A stretch of DNA of 64,000 nt. Source: Chloroflexota bacterium. GTDB lineage: Bacteria > Chloroflexota > UBA11872 > VXOZ01. A program made the position numbers and the translations under genes. Shown one piece after another: positions 29,455-39,480 of this stretch. The stretch lies in NCBI GenBank assembly GCA_965221905.1, contig OZ244922.1:1024001-1088000 (forward strand). Reading direction: 5' to 3'. Positions within the stretch are counted from its first letter, which is position 1. The number at the start of each line of letters is the position of its first letter. Under the pieces are notes generated by a model that saw only the letters and a program-made list of their open reading frames with translations, did not search any database and was not told where the DNA came from.

Positions 29455-30450
29455 TCAGTTTTGTGGCGGACGCAGCAGGGACGCGACCACCGATCCGCCT
29501 AGCAGCACCCCAACCACGGCTAGAGAGTAAAACGGCTGCTCGTGAAAGGCGGTTGCTATCACCTCGATTGTCTCGAGAACGGGGGTAAAGAGGTGATCTC
29601 CCTTCGGTACGCCGTGGAAATCGCCTACGACCATCTTGATGCCCACAAAGATGAGCACGAGACCGAGGCCCACACCGAGGTAGTGAAACCGGTCCATCAG
29701 GTTTGCGAGCAAGAAATAGAGGGCGCGTAGGCCGAGAATTGCAAAGATGTTCGCGGAGTAGACGATAAACGGTTCACGCGTGATGGCGAAGATCGCCGGT
29801 ACGGAATCCAAGGCGAAAACCACGTCGGTGACGTTTACGACGAGCAGCACGAGCAAGAGAGGCGTCGCCAGCCAGCGGCCGTCGAGCTTTACGATATAGC
29901 TCCCGCCGTGATAGTTGGCAGTGCTTGGAAGGACTTTGCGGAAGACGCGGACGGCGAGGTTACGCTCGGGATCGGTATCTTCGTCGCCCTTGAGCAGAAT
30001 GCGAATACCGGTATAGATCAGAAAGCCGCCAAAGACGAAGATCATCCAATGGAATGTAGCCAAAAGGGCGGCGCCGACAAGTATGAACGCGCCGCGCAGG
30101 ATGATTGCGGCAAGAATTCCCCAAAAGAGCACGTTGTAGCGATACTCGTTAGGCACCGCGAAATACGTGAAGATGATCAGAAAGACGAAGAGGTTATCGA
30201 CGCTGAGCGTCCACTCGATGAGGTATCCCGTAATGAATTCAGTGCCGCGTTCGGGCCCGGCAAAGATGAACATGCCTACGGCAAAAATAAGGGCAAGACT
30301 TACCCAAATGCCTACCCAGGTCGCTGACTCACGCGGCTTGATTACATGCGCGCCACGATGGAAAACCACCAAGTCGAGTACGAGCAAGGTCACGACGACG
30401 GCGGTGAATCCAATCCAGAGCAAGGGCGAGTTCAAAGTTCCGAACATCAA
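29455..30450 (-). CDS. TerC/Alx family membrane protein
   Basis: GYLIEWTLSVDNLFVF, DVVFALDSVPAI and NIFAILGLRALYF motifs. Confidence 0.95.
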   Translation of the reverse strand: MMFGTLNSPLLWIGFTAVVVTLLVLDLVVFHRGAHVIKPRESATWVGIWVSLALIFAVGMFIFAGPERGTEFITGYLIEWTLSVDNLFVFLIIFTYFAVPNEYRYNVLFWGILAAIILRGAFILVGAALLATFHWMIFVFGGFLIYTGIRILLKGDEDTDPERNLAVRVFRKVLPSTANYHGGSYIVKLDGRWLATPLLLVLLVVNVTDVVFALDSVPAIFAITREPFIVYSANIFAILGLRALYFLLANLMDRFHYLGVGLGLVLIFVGIKMVVGDFHGVPKGDHLFTPVLETIEVIATAFHEQPFYSLAVVGVLLGGSVVASLLRPPQN

Positions 30451-30747
30451 TGCGTCCTTCAGCGTTGTTGGAGATAGTCACTCTTCGGAACCAGCGCACG
30501 CCACATGATTACGGCGCCGGTGCCGGGTTCCCGTTGAGGGAATAGATGAGTAGCGCTGGAATACGGTTCAATAGTAACGCGAAAGCGGCATGAACGTCAC
30601 ATCTAGCTGCTAGGGCGCGCCGGTCAACGCTCCTACATGAGAGGGAGACTCGGTGTCCGAAAATCAGGCAAATCTGGAGCCGCATTATTGTGTGTAATCT
30701 TGCAGTTACTACTTGCAATATTACACATTTCTCCATATACTGAAAGT

Positions 30748-31950
30748 ATGATTGAGCGTGAAATCACTCCCCGTCTTTTCGCCTTGTTCAAGCAGTATCC
30801 CTTTGTGACTGTGACCGGGCCACGGCAGTCCGGCAAGACGACGCTGTGCCGCAATGTGTTCCCTAACTTAGAATATGTGAATCTCGAAGCGCCTGACCAG
30901 AGGGAGTTTGCAGAATCTGATCCGAGGGCCTTTCTTGCACGTCTCGATGACGGCGCCATTCTCGATGAGATCCAACGCGTTCCGAGCCTCTTGTCCTATC
31001 TGCAGGTTCTCGCCGACGAAAAGGGGCGCAACGGCCTCTTCGTGCTTACGGGGAGCGAGCAGTTCCGGCTTTCTGACGCCATCGGCCAGTCGCTGGCAGG
31101 GCGAACGGCACTGCTCCGTCTCTTGCCATTTTCTCTAGCAGAGCGGCAATTGACCGGCGCAAGCACCGCGGTAGACGATATCCTTTACTCGGGTTTCTAT
31201 CCGCGCATTCACGATCAAGGGCTCGATCCGCGACAAGCACTTGGCGATTACTTTGAAACCTACGTTGAGCGTGACGTGCGGCAGCTTGGCGAGATACGCA
31301 ACCTTTCGAGCTTTCGGCGTTTCGTGCGGCTCTGTGCCGGGCGTGTTGGTCAGTTAGTCAATCTTGCTTCGCTGGGCGCTGACGCGGGCGTTTCACACAC
31401 CACTGCCAGAGAGTGGCTTACGGTCTTGGAAGCAAGCTACATCGTCTTCCAGCTCGAGCCCTTTCACACCAATCTTCAAAAGCGCTTGATCAAGTCGCCT
31501 AAGCTTTACTTTTACGACGTTGGTTTGGCCAGCTATCTTATGGGTATCGAACATGCCAAGCAGGTGGCCACGCACCCCTTACGCGGGTCTTTATTTGAGA
31601 ATACGGTTGTCATAGAGGCGCTCAAGCACCGCTTCAATCGGGGCCGGCAATCGAATCTCTCTTTCTTCCGAGACGTGCGTGGTCTGGAATGTGACCTGTT
31701 CTACGAGACCGGCCAAGACATAAGCGCTATTGAGATCAAGTCGGGCGCTACGATTGCGTCAGACTACTTTAGTTCGCTCAATCGCGTTGCAAAGCGAGTT
31801 CCACACATTATTTCCAAGTGTGTCGTCTACGGCGGCATTGAACGTCAATCGCGCACCAATGGTGACGTTGTTCCATTGGGTGACTTCGCCGGTGTTCTTG
31901 AACGCATTGAAGTCGAGCAAGCGGTTGGCGGATATGTCGAAGAGAAATAG
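30748..31950 (+). CDS. AAA+ ATPase (AAA_14) with DUF4143 C-terminal domain
   Basis: GPRQSGKTT, LDEIQ, LTGS, SLAGR, KSPKLYFYDVG, LFEN and ECD...AIEIKS motifs; likely start MIER at 30748. Confidence 0.9.
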   Translation: MIEREITPRLFALFKQYPFVTVTGPRQSGKTTLCRNVFPNLEYVNLEAPDQREFAESDPRAFLARLDDGAILDEIQRVPSLLSYLQVLADEKGRNGLFVLTGSEQFRLSDAIGQSLAGRTALLRLLPFSLAERQLTGASTAVDDILYSGFYPRIHDQGLDPRQALGDYFETYVERDVRQLGEIRNLSSFRRFVRLCAGRVGQLVNLASLGADAGVSHTTAREWLTVLEASYIVFQLEPFHTNLQKRLIKSPKLYFYDVGLASYLMGIEHAKQVATHPLRGSLFENTVVIEALKHRFNRGRQSNLSFFRDVRGLECDLFYETGQDISAIEIKSGATIASDYFSSLNRVAKRVPHIISKCVVYGGIERQSRTNGDVVPLGDFAGVLERIEVEQAVGGYVEEK

Positions 31951-32087
31951 GGAATAACGCCTTCCACGTCATGAGGCTCGGCTGTGGGTGGAAGTAGCCG
32001 GCACCTGCCATGTTTAGAGTAGGCATCCGGTGCAATACCTTTGAGCGGCGCCCCATGGAGCGCCCTAAGTCCGGTCTCCCGGCTCAC

Positions 32088-32936
32088 TCAAGGGGCGGTG
32101 TCGCCGCCTAGTTCCATGGCATCGATGAGCCGCGTGGCGCCGATGCGGACGGCGAGTGACGCGAGTGCCGGACCCTCGATAGCAGCCAATTCCTCCAGAC
32201 TTTCGTCGTCGGCGATGCTCACGTAGTCCACGTGCGCCAGAGGTTCGCGCGCGAGCACCGTATGCATGGCGGCGCGGAGGGCGTTGGCGTCGCGTTCTCC
32301 GGCGGCGAAACGCTCTGCCGCTGCTTGCAATGACCGATAAACGACTATTGCCGCTGCACGCTCGTCTGGATTCAAATGGACGTTGCGGCTTGCCTGGGCG
32401 AGACCGTCGGGTTCGCGCACCGTATCCACCGGCACAATCATGGTGGGAATGTCGAGGTCGCGCACCATGCGTTGGATGACGCGTAGTTGCTGGGCATCTT
32501 TGCGACCGAAGTAGGCCCGGTGGGGCTGCACGATGTTGAGCAGCTTGCAGACAACCGTGGTTACGCCGCGGAAGTGTCCGGGGCGCGCCGCTCCTTCCAA
32601 CCGATCGGTAAGACTCTCTACGTGTACGAAGGTGCTGAAGTCGTCCGCATACATCGCGCCTGCTTCCGGTACGAAGACGGCATCCACGCCCCATTCTTCG
32701 AACATTGCAAGATCGCGCGACAGGTCGCGGGGGTAGGTAGCGAGGTCCTTGTTGGACCCAAACTGCAAGGGATTGACGAATATCGTGGCCCAGCACAGGT
32801 CATTCTTGGCGCGGGAGGCATCTACTAGCGCCATGTGGCCCGCGTGCAAGTACCCCATGGTGGGCACCAGCCCAAGGCTGCCTCGGACTGATTGCCGAGC
32901 GGCGCGAACTGCTGGGATGGTGCGCAGAACCTGCAT
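32088..32936 (-). CDS. panC: pantoate--beta-alanine ligase
   Basis: VPTMGYLHAGH, FVNPLQF, RPGHFRGV, YFGRKDAQQ and TRLID motifs. Confidence 0.96.
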   Translation of the reverse strand: MQVLRTIPAVRAARQSVRGSLGLVPTMGYLHAGHMALVDASRAKNDLCWATIFVNPLQFGSNKDLATYPRDLSRDLAMFEEWGVDAVFVPEAGAMYADDFSTFVHVESLTDRLEGAARPGHFRGVTTVVCKLLNIVQPHRAYFGRKDAQQLRVIQRMVRDLDIPTMIVPVDTVREPDGLAQASRNVHLNPDERAAAIVVYRSLQAAAERFAAGERDANALRAAMHTVLAREPLAHVDYVSIADDESLEELAAIEGPALASLAVRIGATRLIDAMELGGDTAP

Positions 32937-33082
32937 GAGAAAATACTTGGTGGTTGCTGGGAGTAGAATCCGGACTGTGTTCTCGCGCTCAAATGGCCCC
33001 CTCCCATTCACCCTTCGACAGGCTCAGGGCGAACGGGATTCTATTCTCGTGGCCTAGTTCTCGATCGAATAGGAAGTTCCCC

Positions 33083-33955
33083 TTAGCCTTCGTCAGAGGT
33101 CGGGACCAGTGTCTCTTTACGCAAGGCGCGGGCAACTTCATTGGGGAGCGAGAAACTGTTTTCGCGGGTAGGAAACGTGCCGGCTTCGACGTCTTGAACA
33201 TATGCATTCACGGCAGCTCGCATCTCGTCACCCAACGAAGCGTATGCCTTGGCGTGTCGCGGATGTTCGGGGTGTGGGTTGAGCCCGAGCAGGTCATGCA
33301 GGACTTGTATCTGCCCGTCGCAATGCACACCTGCGCCGATGCCGATGGTGGGGATGGTCAACGATTTGGTGACCTGTTGCGCGAGCGTCGCCGGAATGCT
33401 CTCCAGGACGATAGCAAACGCGCCTGCGCGCTCGAGGGCGAGGGCCTCGTGTTGAAGTTCTTCCGCTTCCGCTAGTGTGCGTCCCTGGGCGCGGTAGCCG
33501 CCCAATTGGTGGACCGACTGCGGCGTAAGCCCCAGGTGACCCATCACCGGAATGCCGGTAGCCACAAGATGTGCCGTTACCGCAATTGTCTGCTTGCCGC
33601 CTTCCAGCTTCACCGCCTGCGCGCCGCCCTCTTGGACCAGTTTGCCGGCATTGAGGAGCGCCCGTTCGTTGGAAACCTGATACGAGAGGAAAGGCATGTC
33701 GGCGATAATCAGGGCCCGGCGCGTGCCGCGCACTACGGCCTGGGTGTGGCGCAAGATATCGTCTATGGTGACCGGCAGGGTATTCTCGTAGCCCAGCACC
33801 GTATTGCCCACGCTGTCGCCAACCAGAATTGCAGGCACGCCGCCCGCTTCTACAAAGTGCGCCAGCGGTGCGTCATACGCCGTGAGCATCACAATCTTGC
33901 GACCCTCTGCTTTCATCTGCTTGAGGTCGGCGATGGTAGCGCGTACGGTGCTCAT
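33083..33955 (-). CDS. panB: 3-methyl-2-oxobutanoate hydroxymethyltransferase
   Basis: MLTAYD, LVGDS, KLEGG, HLGLTPQ and GIGAG motifs. Confidence 0.97.
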   Translation of the reverse strand: MSTVRATIADLKQMKAEGRKIVMLTAYDAPLAHFVEAGGVPAILVGDSVGNTVLGYENTLPVTIDDILRHTQAVVRGTRRALIIADMPFLSYQVSNERALLNAGKLVQEGGAQAVKLEGGKQTIAVTAHLVATGIPVMGHLGLTPQSVHQLGGYRAQGRTLAEAEELQHEALALERAGAFAIVLESIPATLAQQVTKSLTIPTIGIGAGVHCDGQIQVLHDLLGLNPHPEHPRHAKAYASLGDEMRAAVNAYVQDVEAGTFPTRENSFSLPNEVARALRKETLVPTSDEG

Positions 33956-34848
33956 GGATTTCCCCGGACTCTCAACAATTCTCTGAGGACAGCCAGCAGC
34001 TTTTCTTCGATAACGCGTTGGCCATTGGCAGCATCTTTGCCCTCGGTGGGCGCGAGATTATTGTATATCATCGTGAGTGCCATTGCAGCGTACGTGAGCG
34101 TGTGCTGCGGAGCGCTTTCCGCAACCGCTTGGAGATTTTTCTCCACAGTCGGCCAATCTCCACGTGATACCGGGCCGGTGAGGGCGTCAGTTGGACCAAG
34201 TCGGCGGAGGTTGTGCAGGGTGCCTTGCAGCAAGGGCAACAAGGCCTGGAGCGCTTCTGGCTCAGTTTTCCCTATCGCGCGCCAGAGCGCGACACCGGCG
34301 TGCGTTAGGGCCACAGTATAGTTTGAGACCAACACTGCAGCCGCGTGATAGGCGGGTCGCGCATCCGGCGGAACATAGCCCCACGTGCACTCCAGTGCGG
34401 CAGCGATGGCTGCAAGCCGACCAAGGAGCGGCTCTTCCGCTTCAATTGCCACGAATGTGCCGGGCAGATTTGAAAACGCCGCTTGCGCGTCCGGGAGCGT
34501 CTGCAGTGGATGGAACGCGCCGGGCAGAGCGCCATGTTGCTCAACCACAGAGAGCACGGAGGCAGGTAACGCGCCGCTGCAGTGGACGACGCCTTGTCCG
34601 CGTTGCCAGGTTACGGCGCTGGCGACTGCGTTGATGGCGTTGTCGGGTGTGGTAATGAAGACGAGGTCGCAGGTGTCTGCGACAGCTTGTGCCGTGGTTG
34701 ATTTACAGTCCGGCAGGGCGGCGGAGAGGGTTTCGGCATGAGCAGGGGTCTTGCCGGCTACGGCGGCTATTGCGTACCCCCGGTCTGCGAGAAGGCGCGC
34801 CAGACCTGTTCCTACGCGCCCGGGCCCGATCACGCCGATTTTCATCAC
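33952..34848 (-). CDS. Rossmann-like plus DUF2520 protein (PanG-type ketopantoate reductase candidate)
   Basis: IGPGRVG, HCSGA, FHPLQT, YHAAAVLVSN and LTGPVSRGD motifs; coupled to panB. Confidence 0.85.
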   Translation of the reverse strand: MMKIGVIGPGRVGTGLARLLADRGYAIAAVAGKTPAHAETLSAALPDCKSTTAQAVADTCDLVFITTPDNAINAVASAVTWQRGQGVVHCSGALPASVLSVVEQHGALPGAFHPLQTLPDAQAAFSNLPGTFVAIEAEEPLLGRLAAIAAALECTWGYVPPDARPAYHAAAVLVSNYTVALTHAGVALWRAIGKTEPEALQALLPLLQGTLHNLRRLGPTDALTGPVSRGDWPTVEKNLQAVAESAPQHTLTYAAMALTMIYNNLAPTEGKDAANGQRVIEEKLLAVLRELLRVRGNP

Positions 34849-34944
34849 TCTCGTCCTCGAAAAGCGATGCGCTGTATGAAGGGGAATAGGTCTAACTGCA
34901 TCGCCAAGATTTAATCCTAGAAGACGGAAGAACGCGTGCGGCTA

Positions 34945-35475
34945 TCACCGGATCATGGCGTCGATGCGGTCACCGATGACTTCAAGCGTTTGGATGGGGA
35001 AGGTGCCCGTTTCAACGATGTTCTTAAGATCGGCAAGGAGGGTCTTAATCTCTACGATCTGCTCTTGTTGTCCCACAGATCCCAACTTGGCCGCAGCATT
35101 CAGTGAGCGCTCGACTTCGGCCAATTCGCGCACCGCGAGTCCGCTTTGGCGTTCGTTCAGATGCACGCGCGCGCGGCTAATGCGCACCGATGCCCGCAAG
35201 AGATGGTTTTGGAATTGCAGTACGGAGACATTCTGATTAAGCGTCTCAGCCTGCTGCTCGACGCCGGAAACGCGCGTATCCATTGCGCTTGTGACCTGAG
35301 CGGCATTCTGCGCCCGGTCGGCGGCAGTCTGTATGGTGGGGCGTTCCTGCCAGAGCAGGATGCCGAGCGCCAACGCTGCCACGCCCACTGCGACGCCAAT
35401 CACGGCCAGCGCCAACGTGATAACTCTAATGTAGCTTCCGAGCCGGGCTGCAAATGAGGATTTCGCGTTTGCCAT
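34945..35475 (-). CDS. membrane-anchored coiled-coil hypothetical protein
   Basis: N-terminal TM helix followed by a heptad-rich region; AGGAG RBS. Confidence 0.7.
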   Translation of the reverse strand: MANAKSSFAARLGSYIRVITLALAVIGVAVGVAALALGILLWQERPTIQTAADRAQNAAQVTSAMDTRVSGVEQQAETLNQNVSVLQFQNHLLRASVRISRARVHLNERQSGLAVRELAEVERSLNAAAKLGSVGQQEQIVEIKTLLADLKNIVETGTFPIQTLEVIGDRIDAMIR

Positions 35476-35706
35476 GCTGTGGTTCTGCTCCTAGTAGGGA
35501 CTCCTAAAACCTGGGGAACCTGCTCTTCCAGCATACCAAAGTACGGCACAGGTACGTATGGGGCGGTGGGCAGGCGCGCAAGAGCCCAAATCAGGGGTCT
35601 TCGTGATTCCGGCTTCGGCGGAGTCCAGGATGTGTACAAAGACATGATTCAGATACCTGCTTGCGCCGACGCAGGGCTTTTCGCCGGGAAATTTCGGATG
35701 ATGATC

Positions 35707-35738
35707 GTGATATGCAGGGGCTTGCCCCTGCATATCAC
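35707..35738. terminator. 15-bp perfect inverted repeat
   Basis: GTGATATGCAGGGGC-TT-GCCCCTGCATATCAC. Confidence 0.55.
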
Positions 35739-35905
35739 TGTTCTTCTCAATTCTCAGAGCAACGGTGAGGTTTTGAGACTAGCTCTACGTATCACAGATA
35801 AAATCTCAGCGGTTTCCCCCGCTCCCCAAGCAACCCTGCCACCCATGCAGCGCGGCGATATAAAGTGTGGCAATTGGTTGCGCATGAAGCGTCAAGGATG
35901 AAGCG

Positions 35906-36616
35906 TTAGCAATAAACGCGGGAAGGTTGAGGCTTGGGGAGGACAACGACGGGATAGGGGATAAGCCAAGCGCGGGAGGAATTGACGCGACGGCCCGAGC
36001 GTCTCGCACCGCGTATGCGCCCTTCGTCGCATAGCTGCTGCACACGCTGGCGGCAGCGACCCATGAGGGCGGCGGCCTCGTTGACTGTGACGTACTTGCG
36101 TTGCTTCTTCTCCTCAGGCTTCAATGGCATGGCGTAGAAGACTTGCTGCGCCACCTCCTCGAATCCTAGGTCGGGATAGAGGTGACGGCCGATTGGGTTT
36201 TGGGTCAAGGTTTCAATGCGCGCCAACGTAAGCTGCTGGTCGCGAAAGTGCCCAAGGCAGTGTTCGATTAGCATGCGTCCGATGCCCTTGCCGCGAAACT
36301 GCTCGTCTACCGCCATATCGGGGAGTTGGCCGACGCTGTTTGTGCGGTTGATGCGCGTTGTTGCGAACGCAATTACCTCACCCTTGTACTCGGCCACAAA
36401 GCAGTCTTCCGGATGGTCGGTGAGGTCACCGGCTACCATAGGCCATTTGCGCTCGCCCCAAGGCACCGGCAAGAGACCGGGCCAGGAATTCTCGATGTTG
36501 TGCTCGATGCTCACCCCCGTGAAGGCGGCGATAGTGAGATCCTTGACCCGCGCCTCATCTTTCGGTTGATACGTGCGTATGCTCATTTCCTTCAGGAACT
36601 TCTCGTCAACTGGCAT
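35906..36616 (-). CDS. GNAT acetyltransferase fused to a C-terminal excisionase/MerR-like HTH
   Basis: MAVDEQFRGKGIG and LYPDLGF (GNAT), then YVTVNEAAALMG...RVQQLCDEGRIRGAR...AWLIP (HTH_17-like). Confidence 0.8.
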   Translation of the reverse strand: MPVDEKFLKEMSIRTYQPKDEARVKDLTIAAFTGVSIEHNIENSWPGLLPVPWGERKWPMVAGDLTDHPEDCFVAEYKGEVIAFATTRINRTNSVGQLPDMAVDEQFRGKGIGRMLIEHCLGHFRDQQLTLARIETLTQNPIGRHLYPDLGFEEVAQQVFYAMPLKPEEKKQRKYVTVNEAAALMGRCRQRVQQLCDEGRIRGARRSGRRVNSSRAWLIPYPVVVLPKPQPSRVYC

Positions 36617-37070
36617 TGCTCACCGTCCAAGTGTCCTTAGTTTTCTTCGGCTCTTTGACCCTCGCTAGCTGAAGCAGCGTGCTGCCTCGGTTGCAGTGGC
36701 GATTCGTAAAGACATCGCCACGTACTCTGACGCCCAAGGTGCATTGTTTTGCGTGGCCATGTCCGGTTTGTTGAAAATGTGCGGAACCATGCCGAGCGGG
36801 GAACAAGCCCCCGCGCTACAGTGGGAAGCCGCGCCGAACAGGTGACCGGTCTCCGCCCAACAATGGGAAGGGCCATCCCATCCGTCACTTCCGTTCCATC
36901 CGTCATTCCCGCGAAAGCGGGAATCTATCCACTCTGTCTTCCTTGGACTTGCTACTATCTCAAGCGGCGCGCACGACCAAGTGAAGACTTCTCCATCAAA
37001 TCACAGTTTATATCAAGCGACTGCGACGCAGTATGGAGCGACTGCGGACATTCAAGCGATCACGTGCCTA

Positions 37071-37814
37071 TCAGACGCCTCTGCCGCCGTCGATCACAAG
37101 TGTCTGACCGGTTGTCCATTCACCATTGCAAATGAGGTAGTGCGTTGCCCCCGCGATATCCTCCGGCGTTCCCAAGCGCTGCGTAATTGTGGACTGGCGA
37201 ATCTCCTCATTGCGCTCGGGGTGACCTTCCGTCCAACGCGTATAAATGAGACCGGGCGCAACGCTATTCACAAGTATTTCCGGTCCGAGGGCGGCGGCCA
37301 TAGACTTTGTAAGAGCAATCATGGCGGCCTTGGACGCGGCATACGGTACCGAACTGCCGCCGCCGGTTAAGCCTGCTACTGAGGATATGTTGACAATGCG
37401 GCCGCTGCCCAGTGCCTTCATGATGGGCGCGACGGCGCGGATACCGTAAAATGCCCCTTTCACGTTGACGGCGAAGATGCGGTCCCAAAGCTCATCCGTC
37501 AGCTTGTCGAGCTCGGTATGTTTGATGAACTGCGTGTATCCCGCATTGTTCACCAGCACGTCCACCCGTCCAAAAGATTCGTGGGCAAACGCCACCATCT
37601 CTTTGACCTTTTCTTCGTCGGCTACGTCAGCCTTGAAGGTTACACCCTGGCCGCCGGCTGCCGTGACGTCACGGGCGGTCTGTTCGGCCTCTTTCTCCGA
37701 CCTCGAATAATTGACTACGACAGATGCTCCCTCACGCGCAAGCGAAAGGCAGACAGCGCGGCCAATGCCGGTCGCGCCGCCGGTCACGATGGCGCACTTT
37801 CCTTCCAATTGCAT
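37071..37814 (-). CDS. short-chain dehydrogenase/reductase
   Basis: TGGATGIG, NNAG and YAASK motifs; GGAGGA RBS. Confidence 0.92.
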   Translation of the reverse strand: MQLEGKCAIVTGGATGIGRAVCLSLAREGASVVVNYSRSEKEAEQTARDVTAAGGQGVTFKADVADEEKVKEMVAFAHESFGRVDVLVNNAGYTQFIKHTELDKLTDELWDRIFAVNVKGAFYGIRAVAPIMKALGSGRIVNISSVAGLTGGGSSVPYAASKAAMIALTKSMAAALGPEILVNSVAPGLIYTRWTEGHPERNEEIRQSTITQRLGTPEDIAGATHYLICNGEWTTGQTLVIDGGRGV

Positions 37815-37827
37815 ACACTTGTCCTCC

Positions 37828-38205
37828 TTAGCGAATGATAAACCACAGGCCGACTAAAAGAAGCAGTCCAATCCAACAGTTTGCCAGCATCAACATACGA
37901 GCAGCAAAGGCGTTGGTTCTCACAATAAAGCCGGTTACCACACAGTTAATGAAAATCAGCAGCAGAACTCCGAGCGGAAGGCGGAAGAGATAGACCTTGT
38001 TGGCCACGAGATCGGCTTGGCCCTGAGCGTTGAAGAGAATGGGCAGCCGTTCCGGGAGTTGCGGGAAGACGTTCAGGATGGCGCCGAGTAGGGCTAAATT
38101 GATCAGCACGGCAAGAATGAACAAGAGTATGAACGCCTTATCCGTCCAGAATCGATAGACAGGCGCAAGCTCAGACTCCAGGTTGCCGCCGGTTTGCTCT
38201 GCCAT
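37828..38205 (-). CDS. small membrane protein (DUF1648-like)
   Basis: Three TM helices; LPERLPILFNAQGQAD motif. Confidence 0.7.
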   Translation of the reverse strand: MAEQTGGNLESELAPVYRFWTDKAFILLFILAVLINLALLGAILNVFPQLPERLPILFNAQGQADLVANKVYLFRLPLGVLLLIFINCVVTGFIVRTNAFAARMLMLANCWIGLLLLVGLWFIIR

Positions 38206-38360
38206 CTCTTGTCCTTGGCGGTGGCTTGCGAGTCGAGGGTGTCTGTTAGTCTCAGCGTTCGATTGCGTGTCGCAGCGGAACGGGTCAATACCTCAGAGAA
38301 CGCCGATGAATTGCGGGACCTCGGCCATTGCGCCAACTCGTTGGAACGCCGGGCACACTC

Positions 38361-39338
38361 CTAAACGCTGGCGCCTACCGGATAGACGGCTGCGCACCAG
38401 TCGCCATACTTCGGACTGCGGTTGCGCACCGCCTCGAAGAAGACCTTCTGCAACTGAGCGGTGACGGGGCCGATTTCGCCGCTGCCGATTATCCTGCCGT
38501 CCACCTCGCCAATGGCGGAGATTTGGGCGGCTGTGCCGGTAAAGAAGAGCTCGTCGGCAATGTAGAGCTCGGTACGCGCGATTCGCCGCTCCACCACTTC
38601 AATGCCGAATTCTTCCCGGGCCAGGGTCATCACGGCATGGCGCGTGATGCCTTCCAGGATGTTGGAGTCAGGCCCGGTGGTAATGAGCTTGCCGTCCCGC
38701 AGCATGAAGATGTTCTCGCCTGGGCCTTCCGAGACCGAGCCGTCACCGTTAAGCATGATGGCTTCGTCGAATCCCATCTCCTTGGCTTGGGAGGTAGCCA
38801 GGGCCGAATTGATATAGAGGCCCGTCACTTTCGCCCGTGGTGGGATCACGTTGTCGTCAATGCGCCGCCAGGGAGAGATGGTGACGCGGATCGGTTTATC
38901 CAAGTCCAGGTACGCCCCAAAGGGCACGGTGAACATGAAGAAGTCATCCGGCACGTCTTCCAAGCCGCCGTCGGCGGATTTGCGCACCAGTGAGAGACCG
39001 ACCTGCTCAGCGCTCTTGTAAACAAGCGGGCGCACGTACACGTCTTCGCGGTAGCCGCACTTTGCAATGAGGTCGCACGCCAGCCGGGTCAGTTCTTCCG
39101 GGCTGAAGCGCAGCTTCATGCGCAAAATGTGTGCGGAGCGGTGCAGGCGTTCAAAGTGCTCACGCGCGCGAAAGAGATAGACCTGCTCATCCTCGGGTAC
39201 CCAGTAGCCCCGAATGCCTTCAAAGCAGCCGGTTCCGTAATTGAGCGCGTGAGTCATGATGCCCACTTTGGCTGCAGAAAGCGGCACCACATTACCTTCG
39301 AAAAACGCGTACGGTTCGCCCACAACCGACCTCCTCAT
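38361..39338 (-). CDS. ilvE: branched-chain amino acid aminotransferase
   Basis: ALNYGTGCFEGIR, AKVTGLY, EGPGEN, LEGITR and FTGTAA motifs. Confidence 0.95.
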   Translation of the reverse strand: MRRSVVGEPYAFFEGNVVPLSAAKVGIMTHALNYGTGCFEGIRGYWVPEDEQVYLFRAREHFERLHRSAHILRMKLRFSPEELTRLACDLIAKCGYREDVYVRPLVYKSAEQVGLSLVRKSADGGLEDVPDDFFMFTVPFGAYLDLDKPIRVTISPWRRIDDNVIPPRAKVTGLYINSALATSQAKEMGFDEAIMLNGDGSVSEGPGENIFMLRDGKLITTGPDSNILEGITRHAVMTLAREEFGIEVVERRIARTELYIADELFFTGTAAQISAIGEVDGRIIGSGEIGPVTAQLQKVFFEAVRNRSPKYGDWCAAVYPVGASV

Positions 39339-39480
39339 TAGCCCATTAGCGCATTTTCATATGCTTTATCATGCTACATTTGCCAAGGCCGTGCAAACGC
39401 CGTGCAGCGTGTCATGCTCGTGATAGACCCTTCTCGGCAGTCGTTTGCTTTAGGGATGGTTTGAATCACTGCTATGCGCG

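Noticed and set aside
30451-30640. yybP-ykoY (Mn2+) riboswitch upstream of terC
   Set aside because: Expected from context, but I could not find the conserved motifs on the coding strand; an Infernal scan is needed.
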